The notes: generated by a model from the letters alone, not told the origin. 64,000 bases of DNA from an uncultured Thermoleophilia bacterium (GCA_903927755.1 CAIYOD010000072.1:53254-117253); one strand, 5' to 3'; counted from the first letter of the stretch, positions 12,057 through 22,144 are shown. Program-made: numbers and translations.

Positions 12057-12749
12057 TCAGAAGAGCACGCTCCCGACACGGACGATGGTCGCCCCTTCCT
12101 GGACGGCCACGTCGTAGTCGGCACTGGTACCCATCGATAGCTGCTCGAAAGTATACGTTCCGCTCCACGTGGTAGAAAGCCGTTCGGCCGACTCGCGCGC
12201 CCGCACGAAGAAGGGGCGCGCCTCCTCGGGGTCGTCGAAGAGCGGCGGCATGCACATGAGGCCGGTGAAGCGCACCTTGGGGCACGCCGCCGCCTCCTCG
12301 AGGAAGGCGTCGACCTCCGCGAGCGGCACGCCGCTCTTGCTCTCCTCCCCGCCGATGTTGACCTCCAGCAGTACGTCGGTGGCGTTCGCGGCCCTCGCCT
12401 CGATCTCCTGCACGACGCTCATGCTCCCGACTGAATGGATGAGGCTGACGATCGGCAGCACGAGCTTCGTCTTGCGACTCTGCAGGTGACCGATGAAGTG
12501 GTAGTCGAAGGCGTCGCCGTAGAGCTCGTGCTTGGCCACGAGGTCCTGGGCGCGGTTCTCGCCGATCAGGCGGATGCCGGCGTCGCGCAGCGCGCCCAGG
12601 TGCTCCGCGGCCACGTACTTGGTGGCGACGAGGACGCGCACGTCTGCCGGGTCGCGGCCAGCCGTCCCGGCCGCCTCGGCGACCCGGCTCTCGACCTCCG
12701 CGAACCGCTCACGGACCTTGTCCACATCGGGGATGAACTGTCTGACCAC
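12057..12749 (-). CDS. yggS: YggS-family pyridoxal-phosphate homeostasis protein
   Basis: 230 aa. The TKYV motif and FIGHLQSRK (PLP-binding Lys) are present. Confidence 0.9.
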   Translation of the reverse strand: MVRQFIPDVDKVRERFAEVESRVAEAAGTAGRDPADVRVLVATKYVAAEHLGALRDAGIRLIGENRAQDLVAKHELYGDAFDYHFIGHLQSRKTKLVLPIVSLIHSVGSMSVVQEIEARAANATDVLLEVNIGGEESKSGVPLAEVDAFLEEAAACPKVRFTGLMCMPPLFDDPEEARPFFVRARESAERLSTTWSGTYTFEQLSMGTSADYDVAVQEGATIVRVGSVLF

Positions 12750-12785
12750 GTCTTTCCTCCTCGGCGGCCTACTTCTGGGGCCGCC

Positions 12786-13577
12786 CTACGCTTCCTGCCG
12801 CCAGGCCACCGCCAGATGCCGCCCGGTCTTCCCCGCATCGCGGCGGTGCGAGAAGAAGCGGGCGTCGGAGGCGGTGCACAGCCCGGCGACCGAGACGGCG
12901 GCAGACGGCACGCCCGCCGACTCGAGGTCTCTGCGCGCGCAGCGCCAGAGGTCCACGGTCGCGGCGCCGGCGGAGCCCGGGAACCGGGCCTCGAACCGGC
13001 GCCGGAGTTCGTCGTCCACGGCGAAGCAACACGGGCCGATGCTCGGCCCCACGGCGGCCGCCACGAGGCGGCCGCGGCCGGCGAGCTCGGCCGCCGCCTT
13101 GCCGACGATGCCGGCCATCATGCCGCGCCAGCCGGCATGGACCGTGGCGAGCAGCGGGCCTTTCTCCCCCTCCGCAACGATCACGACCGGCACGCAGTCG
13201 GCGTAGCTGATGACGAGGCCGAGACCCGCCTCCGCGGTGAGCAGGCCGTCGTGCTCCCTGATCACGGTGGGGCTGTCGAGCGCGCCACGCCCTGCATCCG
13301 CCTCGCCGATCCACGCGAGCGAGGTCCCGTGGACCTGTCCGGGGACCACGAGCCGCTCCGGCGGCAGGCCGATCGCCGCGCACAGGCGGCGCCGGTTCTC
13401 CACGACGTGCTCGCGCTCGTCGTTCACCGACAAGCCGAGGTTGAGGGTATCGAACGGCGGCGCGGAGACCCCGCCCACGCGCGACGGGAACGCGGCGATC
13501 ACGCCGCCGGCGCGCCACTCGAGCCACTCGACCCCGCCGGCCTCGCGCCACCGCATGGCCGGCGTCACCAGAACCAT
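12786..13577 (-). CDS. pgeF: YfiH/PgeF family purine nucleoside phosphorylase (DUF152, laccase-domain protein)
   Basis: Internal start MVLVTPAMRW, 263 aa. Motifs GQVHGT and YADCVPV. Confidence 0.88.
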   Translation of the reverse strand: MVLVTPAMRWREAGGVEWLEWRAGGVIAAFPSRVGGVSAPPFDTLNLGLSVNDEREHVVENRRRLCAAIGLPPERLVVPGQVHGTSLAWIGEADAGRGALDSPTVIREHDGLLTAEAGLGLVISYADCVPVVIVAEGEKGPLLATVHAGWRGMMAGIVGKAAAELAGRGRLVAAAVGPSIGPCCFAVDDELRRRFEARFPGSAGAATVDLWRCARRDLESAGVPSAAVSVAGLCTASDARFFSHRRDAGKTGRHLAVAWRQEA

Positions 13578-14218
13578 CCCCCCGGCAGAAGGAGATTCCT
13601 GAGCGCGTCCACCACGGCGCCGAACGTGGCCTCGTAGAAGCCGGGGACGGCGATCATGAGCAGGAACAACCCCATGAAGGCGTAGTTGCCGTAGCGGTCG
13701 AGCTCCGCCCACTTGCGGTAGGTCGCGCGCGGCAGGAACCCGCCGAGGACGCGCGACCCGTCCAGCGGCGGGATCGGGATCAGGTTCAGCGTTCCAAGGA
13801 TCACGTTGAGCACGAAGAGCATCCAGAACGCCTGCAGCAGGAACGCGCTCCAGGTGTAGGTGAGCCAGATGCAGCCGGCGGCGACCAGTACGAGGGCGAA
13901 ATTGGTGATCGGGCCCGCCGCGCCCACCCAGGCCATGCCGCGCTGCCCGTCCCTGAAGAAGCGCGGGTCCACGGGCACCGGCTTCGCCCAGCCGAAGAAG
14001 AAGCTGCCGCCGGACCCCAGGAACGTGACCACGAGCATGATGGTGCCCCACGTGTCCAGGTGCTTGATGGGATTCAGCGTGAGGCGGCCGTGCGCCTTCG
14101 CCGTCGGATCGCCGAGCCGGTAGGCGACCCAGCCGTGCGCCAGCTCGTGCAGCACGAGGCTGACGATGAGCAAGGGCGAGACGAGGAGGAACTCGAGGAG
14201 CAGGTCCGAGTCGATCAC
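13565..14218 (-). CDS. site-2 protease family (M50) membrane metalloprotease
   Basis: 217 aa, multi-transmembrane, HELAHG zinc motif. Confidence 0.85.
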   Translation of the reverse strand: MIDSDLLLEFLLVSPLLIVSLVLHELAHGWVAYRLGDPTAKAHGRLTLNPIKHLDTWGTIMLVVTFLGSGGSFFFGWAKPVPVDPRFFRDGQRGMAWVGAAGPITNFALVLVAAGCIWLTYTWSAFLLQAFWMLFVLNVILGTLNLIPIPPLDGSRVLGGFLPRATYRKWAELDRYGNYAFMGLFLLMIAVPGFYEATFGAVVDALRNLLLPGGWFW

Positions 14219-16836
14219 GCGCGCTCCCGCATCCTGGCCGCCGCAAGGAGTTCCTCGTCCCGCTCATGGACCACACCGTTCAGCTTGAGGTGCAGCACGC
14301 TGCGCAGCACCTCACCCATACGCGGCCCGGAACTGAAGCCCAACTCCAGGAGGTCGTCGCCGCCGATGTCCAGGCGCACGTGACGCGTGACGTCCAGGAA
14401 GTGCGCCAGCCGGTCGGCGGCGATGCCGGAGCCGTCCAGCGTCATCGCCGCCAGCACGGCCTCAAGCGGCTCGCCGGCGGCCAGGTCGTACAGTCCCGCC
14501 TCGCTCGGCCCGCGGGCGACGCGATCCACGATTCGCCGGCCGACGACCAGCGCCCGCTCGAGGACGCGGGCGTCCACGCTGCGCACGCGCATGCGCACGG
14601 CCCAGGCGGCGATCTCCTCCGGATCCAGGTCCATCAGCAGCCAGACGAGGCGGAGCCGCCAGCGCGGCAGCTCATCCTCGAGCCGGTGCGCATCGCGCAG
14701 CCCGTCGGCGCGCCGCACCAGCCGGCGGGTGTCCGCGTCCACGCGCAACCGGCCGTGGATCGCCGGCCACACGCCGAGCTCCTCGGCGCGCCGCAGGGCG
14801 AAGTCGACCTTCTCTTCGTCCAGCAGGCTGACGAGCTCGTCGCGCAGCCGCGCCGAGGAGAGGTCGCCGACGAGGTCCATGGTGCAGCAGGCGCGGGCCA
14901 GGTTGAGCGTGTGCCCGTCCATGCGCAGGCCGTAGCGACTCTCGTAGCGGATCGCGCGCAGGATGCGCGTGGGGTCCTCGATGAAGCTGAGGTTGTGCAG
15001 GACGACGATGCGGCGGGCGTCCAGGTCCTCGCGCCCGCCGAAGTAGTCGAAGAGGTCACCGAACGTCTCGGGCTTGAGCGAGACCGCCATCGCGTTGATG
15101 CTGAAGTCGCGGCGGGCGAGGTCGCTGCGGATGCCGGCGTGCTCGACCTTGGGGAGCGCGCCGGGGTACTCATAGGATTCGGCCCGTGTGGAGGCGACGT
15201 CGACGCGCAGCCTCCCCGCGGCTCCCTCGGAGACGACCACCGCCGTGCCGAACTTCTCGTGCGGCCGCACGTGGCCCTTGAGTCGCGCGGCCAGCTCAGT
15301 CGCGAAGGCGATGCCATCGCCCTCGACGGCGAGGTCGACGTCGAACCCCGGCTCGCGCAGCAGCAGGTCGCGGACGGCGCCCCCGACCAGGTAGCAGCCG
15401 CGCACGCCGGCGGCGACCGCCTGGACATGACGGAGCAGGTCGTCCAGGCCGAGCTCGCCGAGCAGCCCTGCGAGGTTCGCGGTCACCGGCGCCGCGGGCT
15501 CGCGCCGGGGAGCCCCGGCCACCGACCGGCGCGACACGACGCCGGTGAGCGTCTCCACGGGCACCGGCTCGTCCTCTCCAGACTCGGGGTCCGCGGCCAC
15601 CACCGGCAGCCAGCCGACCTCGTCCTGCGCCAGCCTGAGCGCCACGCGCTCCAGCGGCGTCTGCGCCCACACGAGCGGGACGCGCGTGGTCATGACGGCC
15701 TTGACGGGAGCGTGCCCGAGTCCGTGCGCCGACGCTCGCTCCAGATCCGCCAGGGCCACGCGTCCGACGAGGAGGCCGTCGCGCAGGACGCCGACGCCGC
15801 CGAGGCCGTCGCGCCGGCAGAGCAGCGAGGCTTCGTCGACCGACGTGGTGTCGCCGACCATGGGGGGACCCGGCTCGAGAGCGTCGAGCGCGATCCTGGT
15901 CGGCGCGACCGCCGCCGGCGCCGCGGCGGCCACGGCCGCGGCGACCTCGTCCAAGGAGCCGTCCTTCACGACCGCGGATGCGGCGGCCGTGTGCCCGCCG
16001 CCGCCCACGGCGCGAAGCGCCGCGGCGACGTCCACGCGGCCGCCGCGGCTCCGGGCAGTGACGAAGACGCGTCCCTCCATCTCCACGAGCAGGAAGAAGG
16101 CGTCGCACCCGGTCAGGTCCATGACCCGATGGGCCACCACGCTGACGCCCTCCACGTACAGGTCCTCGTGCAGCGCCGAGAGCAGGACCGACGCCTCTGG
16201 GATCGGCAGCTCGACCGCCGCCTCCAGCGCTCCGGCGAGTGTGATGCGCTGCTCCGGCGTCAAGGCGTTGGTGAGCCACTTCTCGAGGAGTTCGGTGTCG
16301 GCGCCGGCGCGCATGCAGTAGGCGAGCGCCTCGGCGTCGCGGGTCGTCGTCGTCGCGAAGGTGAGCGACCCCGTGTCCTCGTGGATCCCGAGTGCGAACA
16401 CCGTCGCCTCGAACGGCGTCACCGGGATGCCCCGTTCGGCGATGATCCGCACGAGCAACGTCACCAGCGAGCCGTCTCCGGAGCTCACCAGCGCGTCGGG
16501 GTCCAGATAGTCCGGAAGGTCGCCCGGATGCGCGTGATGGTCGAACGCGACGACCTGGACGTCGGGACGGCCGCAGAGATCACCGAGGTCGCCAAGGCGG
16601 TTGGCGTGCACCGTGTCGACCAGGATGAGCCGGCGGACGCTGTCGCGGTCCACGTCCGTCGGGTCGACGACCGGGATGGCATCCGCATACAGCGCCTGGA
16701 ACTCGCGCACGTTGCGGTTGACGGCTCCGCCGAGGCTGATCTGCGCCTCGGGATACAGCTTGTGCGCCGCGACCATGGCGGCGAAGGCGTCGAAGTCGGT
16801 GTTGGTGTGCGTGGCGATGAGCTCAGGGGTGCGCAT
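14215..16836 (-). CDS. cca: multidomain DHH-DHHA1 phosphoesterase / CBS pair / CCA-adding tRNA nucleotidyltransferase (poly(A) polymerase family)
   Basis: 873 aa. DHH motif VVAFDHHAH and DHHA1 GGGHTAAAS at the N-terminus. C-terminal half has the GGAVRD...DVDLAV nucleotidyltransferase head and RNA-binding region. ATGA overlap with the S2P gene. Confidence 0.85.
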   Translation of the reverse strand: MRTPELIATHTNTDFDAFAAMVAAHKLYPEAQISLGGAVNRNVREFQALYADAIPVVDPTDVDRDSVRRLILVDTVHANRLGDLGDLCGRPDVQVVAFDHHAHPGDLPDYLDPDALVSSGDGSLVTLLVRIIAERGIPVTPFEATVFALGIHEDTGSLTFATTTTRDAEALAYCMRAGADTELLEKWLTNALTPEQRITLAGALEAAVELPIPEASVLLSALHEDLYVEGVSVVAHRVMDLTGCDAFFLLVEMEGRVFVTARSRGGRVDVAAALRAVGGGGHTAAASAVVKDGSLDEVAAAVAAAAPAAVAPTRIALDALEPGPPMVGDTTSVDEASLLCRRDGLGGVGVLRDGLLVGRVALADLERASAHGLGHAPVKAVMTTRVPLVWAQTPLERVALRLAQDEVGWLPVVAADPESGEDEPVPVETLTGVVSRRSVAGAPRREPAAPVTANLAGLLGELGLDDLLRHVQAVAAGVRGCYLVGGAVRDLLLREPGFDVDLAVEGDGIAFATELAARLKGHVRPHEKFGTAVVVSEGAAGRLRVDVASTRAESYEYPGALPKVEHAGIRSDLARRDFSINAMAVSLKPETFGDLFDYFGGREDLDARRIVVLHNLSFIEDPTRILRAIRYESRYGLRMDGHTLNLARACCTMDLVGDLSSARLRDELVSLLDEEKVDFALRRAEELGVWPAIHGRLRVDADTRRLVRRADGLRDAHRLEDELPRWRLRLVWLLMDLDPEEIAAWAVRMRVRSVDARVLERALVVGRRIVDRVARGPSEAGLYDLAAGEPLEAVLAAMTLDGSGIAADRLAHFLDVTRHVRLDIGGDDLLELGFSSGPRMGEVLRSVLHLKLNGVVHERDEELLAAARMRERA

Positions 16837-16882
16837 GCCTGAAGTATACGCGGACGGCCGTACGCGCCGGGTCAGGGCCGGC

Positions 16883-19045
16883 TCATGCCTTGAGGAGCCA
16901 GCCCAGCTCGTGACCGAAGGCGTCCTCGACGGCCGCCTTGAGCGGCGCGCTGGCGGGAGCGAGCAGCCCCGGGTCCGCCGTGAGCAACTCGGCGGCCAGC
17001 TCCCTCGCCCGCAGGAGCGCGACGCGGTCGCGCGCCAGGCGGGCGAGCTTCAGGTCCGGCACGCCCGCCTGGCGCGATCCCATCACCTGGCCTTCGCCGC
17101 GGATCTCCAGGTCTCTGTCTGCCAGCTCGAACCCGTCGTTCGTTTCGAGGAGGGCCTCGAGGCGGGCCTGCGAGCTGCCGGTCTCCGCGGTCGCGAACAG
17201 CAGGCAGTACGACTTCTCGCTGCCCCGTCCGACGCGCCCCCGGAGCTGGTGCAACTGCGCCAGCCCGAAGCGCTCCGCTCCTTCCACGATCATCACCGTG
17301 GCGTTGGGCACGTCGATGCCGACCTCGATCAGGCTCGTCGCGACCAGCACGTCGAGCTCCCCGCTCTTGAACGACCGCATGACGTCGTCCCGCTGGGCGG
17401 ACTTGAGCTGGCCGTGCGCCACCGCGACGCGTGCGTCGCGGAACGGCCCGGCCTGCAGACGTTCGGCTTCCGCCACCGCCGTGGCAGCGGAGATCGACTC
17501 GGACTCGTCGATGGCCGGGCACACCACGTAGACCTGACGGCCCCTCGCGATCTGCTTGCGCACGAAGTCGTAGCCGACCTCCCGCTTGTCCTCGTCCACG
17601 AGCCGGGTGACGACCGGCTGCCGACCCGCCGGTACGCCGGCGATGGTGGTGACGTCCAGATCCCCGTACACGGTCAGCGCGAGCGTGCGCGGGATTGGTG
17701 TGGCCGTCATGTGCAGGACGTGCGGGGCGCCGCCGGCGCGCTCCGTCCGGCGGACCAGGGCGTCGCGCTGTTCGACGCCGAAGCGGTGCTGCTCGTCCAC
17801 GACCACGAGGGCGAGGCCGGCGAAGCGCACGTCCTCCTGCAGGAGCGCGTGCGTGCCGATGGCGATGCGCGCCTCGCCGGAGGCGATACGCGCCAGCGCC
17901 TCTCGCCGCTCCCTGGCCGTCAGGGACGCCGTGACGAGCTCGGCCGGTGCGAGCGCGCCGACGAGCCGAGCCGCGGTCTCAGCATGCTGGGCGGCGAGCG
18001 TCTCCGTCGGCGCCAGGAGCACGCCCTGCAGCCCGGCCTCAGCGGCCCTGATCAGGCAGTAGAGGGCGACGACCGTCTTGCCCGAGCCGACGTCGCCCTG
18101 CAGCAGGCGCCGCATCGGCGTCTCGCGGCGCAGATCGGCCTCGAGTTCGTCCAGCGCCGCGAGCTGGTGCGCCGTCAGCTCGAAGGGCAAGCCGTCGAGG
18201 AAGGCCCGGCTGAGGTCTGCCGGCGCCGGCAGCGCCGGCGCGCTGTAGAGCTGCTGCTGCTCCTGCTTGTGCAGCAGCAGCCCGACCTGCATCAGCAACA
18301 GTTCCTCGAGGACGAGGCGCTCGCGGGCCAGCTTCGCCTCCGCGAGCGTGCGCGGCAGGTGCACGGCCGTGACCGCGTCGGCGCGGCCGGGCAGTCGCTC
18401 GCGCACGAGCAGCGCCGACGGCAGCGGATCCGGCAGGCGCCGCATGGCCGGGGCGACGGCGTGCACGAGGCCGCGAAGGAGCTTCGCCGAGACCTGCTCG
18501 CTCGCGGGGTACACCGAGACGACGCCCTCGGTGTGCACCCCTTCTCCGCTCTCCTCTTCGAGGATCTCGTGGCCCTTGACCGCGAACGACTGACGCCCGC
18601 CCTGGGGCCGGAAGGTGCCGCGCAGGCTCAGCCGCATGCCCTCCTGGAGGACTCTGGTCAGATAGCGCTGGTTGAACCACACCGCCTCCACCGCCCCGGT
18701 GTCGTCGCGGACCACCACGCGCACGATGTCCACCCGGCGGCGAGCGGTGCGGTCGGCGCTGACGCGAACGACCTCTCCGCGGATGGTGGCCTCCTCCCCG
18801 ACCTTGAGGTCGCGGATGCTCTTGCGGTCGCGGAAGTCCTCGTAGCGGCGCGGGAAGTGCTCGATGAGGTCGCCGACCGTCTCGAGGCCGAAGGTCGCGA
18901 GCCGGCGTGCCACGGCGGCCGTGACGTGCTCGAGGTCGGCGAGCGGACGTGCAAAGGCGGCCGGGTCGAACGAGAGGCGGGTGACCGGCGGTCGTTGGTC
19001 GTACCGACCGCCGCCGAAGCGATGCAGAGGTGGCTGCCCGGTCAC
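16883..19045 (-). CDS. recG: ATP-dependent DNA helicase RecG
   Basis: 720 aa with a wedge domain. Helicase motifs GDVGSGKT, DEQHRFG and TATPIPRT. Confidence 0.95.
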   Translation of the reverse strand: MTGQPPLHRFGGGRYDQRPPVTRLSFDPAAFARPLADLEHVTAAVARRLATFGLETVGDLIEHFPRRYEDFRDRKSIRDLKVGEEATIRGEVVRVSADRTARRRVDIVRVVVRDDTGAVEAVWFNQRYLTRVLQEGMRLSLRGTFRPQGGRQSFAVKGHEILEEESGEGVHTEGVVSVYPASEQVSAKLLRGLVHAVAPAMRRLPDPLPSALLVRERLPGRADAVTAVHLPRTLAEAKLARERLVLEELLLMQVGLLLHKQEQQQLYSAPALPAPADLSRAFLDGLPFELTAHQLAALDELEADLRRETPMRRLLQGDVGSGKTVVALYCLIRAAEAGLQGVLLAPTETLAAQHAETAARLVGALAPAELVTASLTARERREALARIASGEARIAIGTHALLQEDVRFAGLALVVVDEQHRFGVEQRDALVRRTERAGGAPHVLHMTATPIPRTLALTVYGDLDVTTIAGVPAGRQPVVTRLVDEDKREVGYDFVRKQIARGRQVYVVCPAIDESESISAATAVAEAERLQAGPFRDARVAVAHGQLKSAQRDDVMRSFKSGELDVLVATSLIEVGIDVPNATVMIVEGAERFGLAQLHQLRGRVGRGSEKSYCLLFATAETGSSQARLEALLETNDGFELADRDLEIRGEGQVMGSRQAGVPDLKLARLARDRVALLRARELAAELLTADPGLLAPASAPLKAAVEDAFGHELGWLLKA

Positions 19046-19902
19046 TCCACGATCAGAGCGAACGCGGCCGTGCCCGGGCCGATGTGCGTCCCGACGACAG
19101 CCGCGACATGGCCCTGGAACGTGTAGTGGGCATTGGGCCGGATGCGCTCGATCATCTCGCGGATGAGCGGCGGCTCGTCGTCGTTCACGGCGTCGATGAC
19201 GCAGAAGTAGAGCACGTCGTCAGGCTCGCTGTGCTCTTCCACGAAGCGCTGCATGGCGGCCAGGGCTTTCTTGAGTCCGCGCACCTTGGCGTAGCCCGTC
19301 AGCGTGCCGTCGACGGCGGAGATCAGCGGCTTGATGTCGAAGACGCCCCCTACGAGCGAAGCGGCCCTGCCGATGCGGCCGCCGCGACGCAGGTACTCGA
19401 GGGTCGCGGCGTGGACGAGCAGCTGCGAATCGTCACGGAAGTGACGCACGTAGGCGTGCGCCTCCTCGAGAGTGCAGCCCTGCTCGAGGCGCGCCCGCAG
19501 GCGCTCGGCGCCGAGCGAGAGCGCGCTGGTGACCGTGCGCATGTCGTAGACGTAGACGTCCTCGAACTGCTCGGCCGCCTGCTCGGCGGCGCGCACCGTG
19601 CCGCTCATCTCGCCGGAGATGTGCAGCGAGAAGACGTACTTGTAGGTCTTCTTCGCCTCCTCGTAGGCGGCGGTGAACTCCCCTGCCGTCGGCTGGGACG
19701 TGGTCGGCAGGATGTCCGACGCCTCGAGCTTGGCGAAAAACTCCTTGTAGGTCATGTCGACGCCGTCACGGAACATCTGGTCGCCGAAGTGGACCTTGAG
19801 CGGCACCATGTACAGGCCGGGCCGATCGAAGAAGCCGTCCGACGGGTCGCACGTCGAGTCGAGGACGATGGCCGTGTTCTCGAGGGTGAGCAGCTCGCTC
19901 AT
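19042..19902 (-). CDS. fakB: DegV family fatty-acid-binding protein (FakB)
   Basis: 286 aa, MSELLTLENTAIVLDSTCD... DegV fold. Overlaps fakA and recG by 4 nt each. Confidence 0.88.
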   Translation of the reverse strand: MSELLTLENTAIVLDSTCDPSDGFFDRPGLYMVPLKVHFGDQMFRDGVDMTYKEFFAKLEASDILPTTSQPTAGEFTAAYEEAKKTYKYVFSLHISGEMSGTVRAAEQAAEQFEDVYVYDMRTVTSALSLGAERLRARLEQGCTLEEAHAYVRHFRDDSQLLVHAATLEYLRRGGRIGRAASLVGGVFDIKPLISAVDGTLTGYAKVRGLKKALAAMQRFVEEHSEPDDVLYFCVIDAVNDDEPPLIREMIERIRPNAHYTFQGHVAAVVGTHIGPGTAAFALIVE

Positions 19903-21565
19903 TCGGCGCTCGCAAGGATCGGGTACAAGGGTTGTCCCCCTTCGTGGAAGCTGACCTCGGCGTCCGGCGCGATGCGTGCGGCCAGCTGCTCGAGCTGATC
20001 GCGCGTCGTGCCCGACCCGTTGAGCGCCGTGAGGACCGTGACGTACTCGGCATCCCCCCGGATGAACTCCTCCAGCACGCGGCCGAAGGCGCTGGCGATG
20101 TCGTCAGCGGCGGCCACGAGCTTGCCGTCCACGATGGCCATGGCCTGGCCCTGCCTGACCTCGAGCCCGTCGAGCTCGGAGTCGCGCACGGCGTGGGTGA
20201 CCTCCGCGTAGCGCACGTCCACGATGGCGTCCTGCATGAGCCGGGCGTTGCCGACCGCATCCTGATTCGGGTCGAAGGCGACCATCGCGGCGAGGCCGCT
20301 CGGAATCGAGCGCGCCGGGACGACGGCGATGTGCAGCGAGCTCATGCCCGCCGCCTGCTCGGCGGTGAGGATCACGTTGCCGTTGTTGGGCAGGATGACG
20401 ACCTCGTCGACGCCGAGCTCCTCCACCGCTTTGAGGAGCTGGGCCGCGCTCGGGTTCATGGACTGGCCGCCGTCGACGATCGCGTGGCAGCCCAGGTCGC
20501 GGAAGAGCTGCTGGTTGCCGGCGCCGGCGACTACGGCGACGACTACAGTGCCGCCTTCGCCGATCTCCGGCATCGCGGGAGTCGCAAGCCGTTCGTCCCG
20601 CTCCCGCGTCTGGGCGTGCATGTCGTTGATCTCGATGTCGCCGATCGAGCCGTGCTTGAGCGCCTCGCTGAGGACGACGCCGGGGTCGTTGACGTGCACG
20701 TGCACCTTGACGGTGCGTGCGTCGCCGACAACCAGCGCGCTGTCCCCCATGGGCAGCAAGAACGCCTCGAAGATCTCGCGATCGATGGCGTCACCCGTGA
20801 TCAGGAAACTCGTGCAGTAGCGGAACTCGGACAGCTCGCTGGGCTCCTCGACGGTGACGGCATGGCCGGCGTCCGACCTGCGTCCACCGATGGCGCCCGC
20901 CGTGACCTGCGCCGCCACGCGCGCCGCGAGGCGCGCCCCAGCCACGATCTTGCCGCCGCGCATGAGGTCTTCGATGCCGTCAGAGAGGCCGCGGAACAGG
21001 ACCAGCAGACCGTAGCCGCCGGCGTCGACGACGCCGGCCTTCTGGAGGGCCGGCAGCTGGGCGGTCGTGTTCTCGACCGCGACTCTGCCGGCCTCCTCCA
21101 CCGCGGCGAGCAGGTGCTCCAGACCGAGGCCGTCGGGTACCGCCTGTGCGGCCGTGGCCATCTCGCGGATGACGGTGAGCATGGTCCCCTCGACCGGCGT
21201 CTTCACGGCGCGGTAAGCGGCCTGTTGACCCTCGAGCACGGCCCGCTTGAAGACCGCCGTGTCGAGTGAGTTCGCCTGTCCCCAGACGTCGCAGATGCCG
21301 CGCACGATCTGCGAGAGGATCACGCCGGAATTGCCGCGCGCGCCCATGAGCGAGCCCTTGGTGACGGCGGCGGCGACCGATGGGATGTCGGTGACGTCGC
21401 TCTGTTCGAGCTCCTCGACGACGGCGCGCACCGTGAGCGCCATGTTCGTGCCCGTGTCGCCGTCGGGCACCGGGTACACGTTGAGGTCGTTGATGTACTG
21501 GCGCTCAGCCTCGACGGCGGCGAGCGCGGACTGGATGACTCCGACGGCTGCGATACGGACGATCA
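19899..21565 (-). CDS. fakA: DAK2-domain fatty-acid kinase FakA (YloV-like)
   Basis: The VYPVPDGDTGTNM motif and a C-terminal FakA domain are present. The track ORF is extended upstream. The most plausible start is TTG at about 21563-21565, overlapping the asp23 stop. Confidence 0.85.
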
Positions 21566-21928
21566 ATCCTGGAGATCCTCGACCCGCACGTTGATGTCGC
21601 CCACGGGGACGCCACCGACGCGCTCGACCTGATAGCGGACCTGCTCCTGGAGATTGGCCGTGACCTGGGCGATGTTGACGCCCCGCTCCATGATGACGTG
21701 CAGCCCGATGTCCACGCTGCCCTCGCCGACCTCGAGCTCGATGCCTTCGCTCAGCGAACCGCGGAAGAAGCGCCCGAGCTTCCGGATCGGCGGCTCCTGC
21801 ATGGCGACGACGCCGTAAGTGGTCCTGGCGGCCTTGCCGGCGAGCTTGGCGATCACCTGATGAGCCACGGTGACACCGCCGCTGAGGTCCGGCCCGGAGA
21901 ACGGGATCTTGAGGTCGGTCTGTGCCAT
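21563..21928 (-). CDS. Asp23/Gls24 family envelope-stress protein (YloU-like)
   Basis: 121 aa, MAQTDLKIPFSGPDLSGGVTVAHQVIAKLAGKAA... Confidence 0.88.
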   Translation of the reverse strand: MAQTDLKIPFSGPDLSGGVTVAHQVIAKLAGKAARTTYGVVAMQEPPIRKLGRFFRGSLSEGIELEVGEGSVDIGLHVIMERGVNIAQVTANLQEQVRYQVERVGGVPVGDINVRVEDLQD

Positions 21929-21937
21929 GAGCTCCCC

Positions 21938-22144
21938 TCAGCTCTGGTCGCCGGACAACTGGTTGAGTTCGGCCACCACGGTATCCGGATCGACCTGGTG
22001 CAGGATGGCGCCGGCCTCGATGGTCTCCGACTGGGCGCCGATGCACAGGCAACAGGCCATCCCGTGGCTCTCGAACACGGCGCGCGCCTCGTCGTCCGCC
22101 GACAGGGCCTCGAAGATCGACATGTCTTTGGTGAACCGCATCAT
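21938..22144 (-). CDS. DUF1858 small redox-active protein (hybrid-cluster-protein-associated CxxC domain)
   Basis: 68 aa, MMRFTKDMSIFEALSADDEARAVFESHGMACCLCIGAQSETIEAGAILHQVDPDTVVAELN. Start codons checked at 22139-22144. The track ORF is artefactually extended. Confidence 0.75.
   Translation of the reverse strand: MMRFTKDMSIFEALSADDEARAVFESHGMACCLCIGAQSETIEAGAILHQVDPDTVVAELNQLSGDQS

Noticed and set aside
16872-17522. Arg/Gly-rich ORFs inside recG, and similar ones inside ribBA (23666..24316) and nadD/proA (63118..63822)
   Set aside because: Alternative-frame artefacts of high GC. No motifs, and the overlapping frames carry the true genes.
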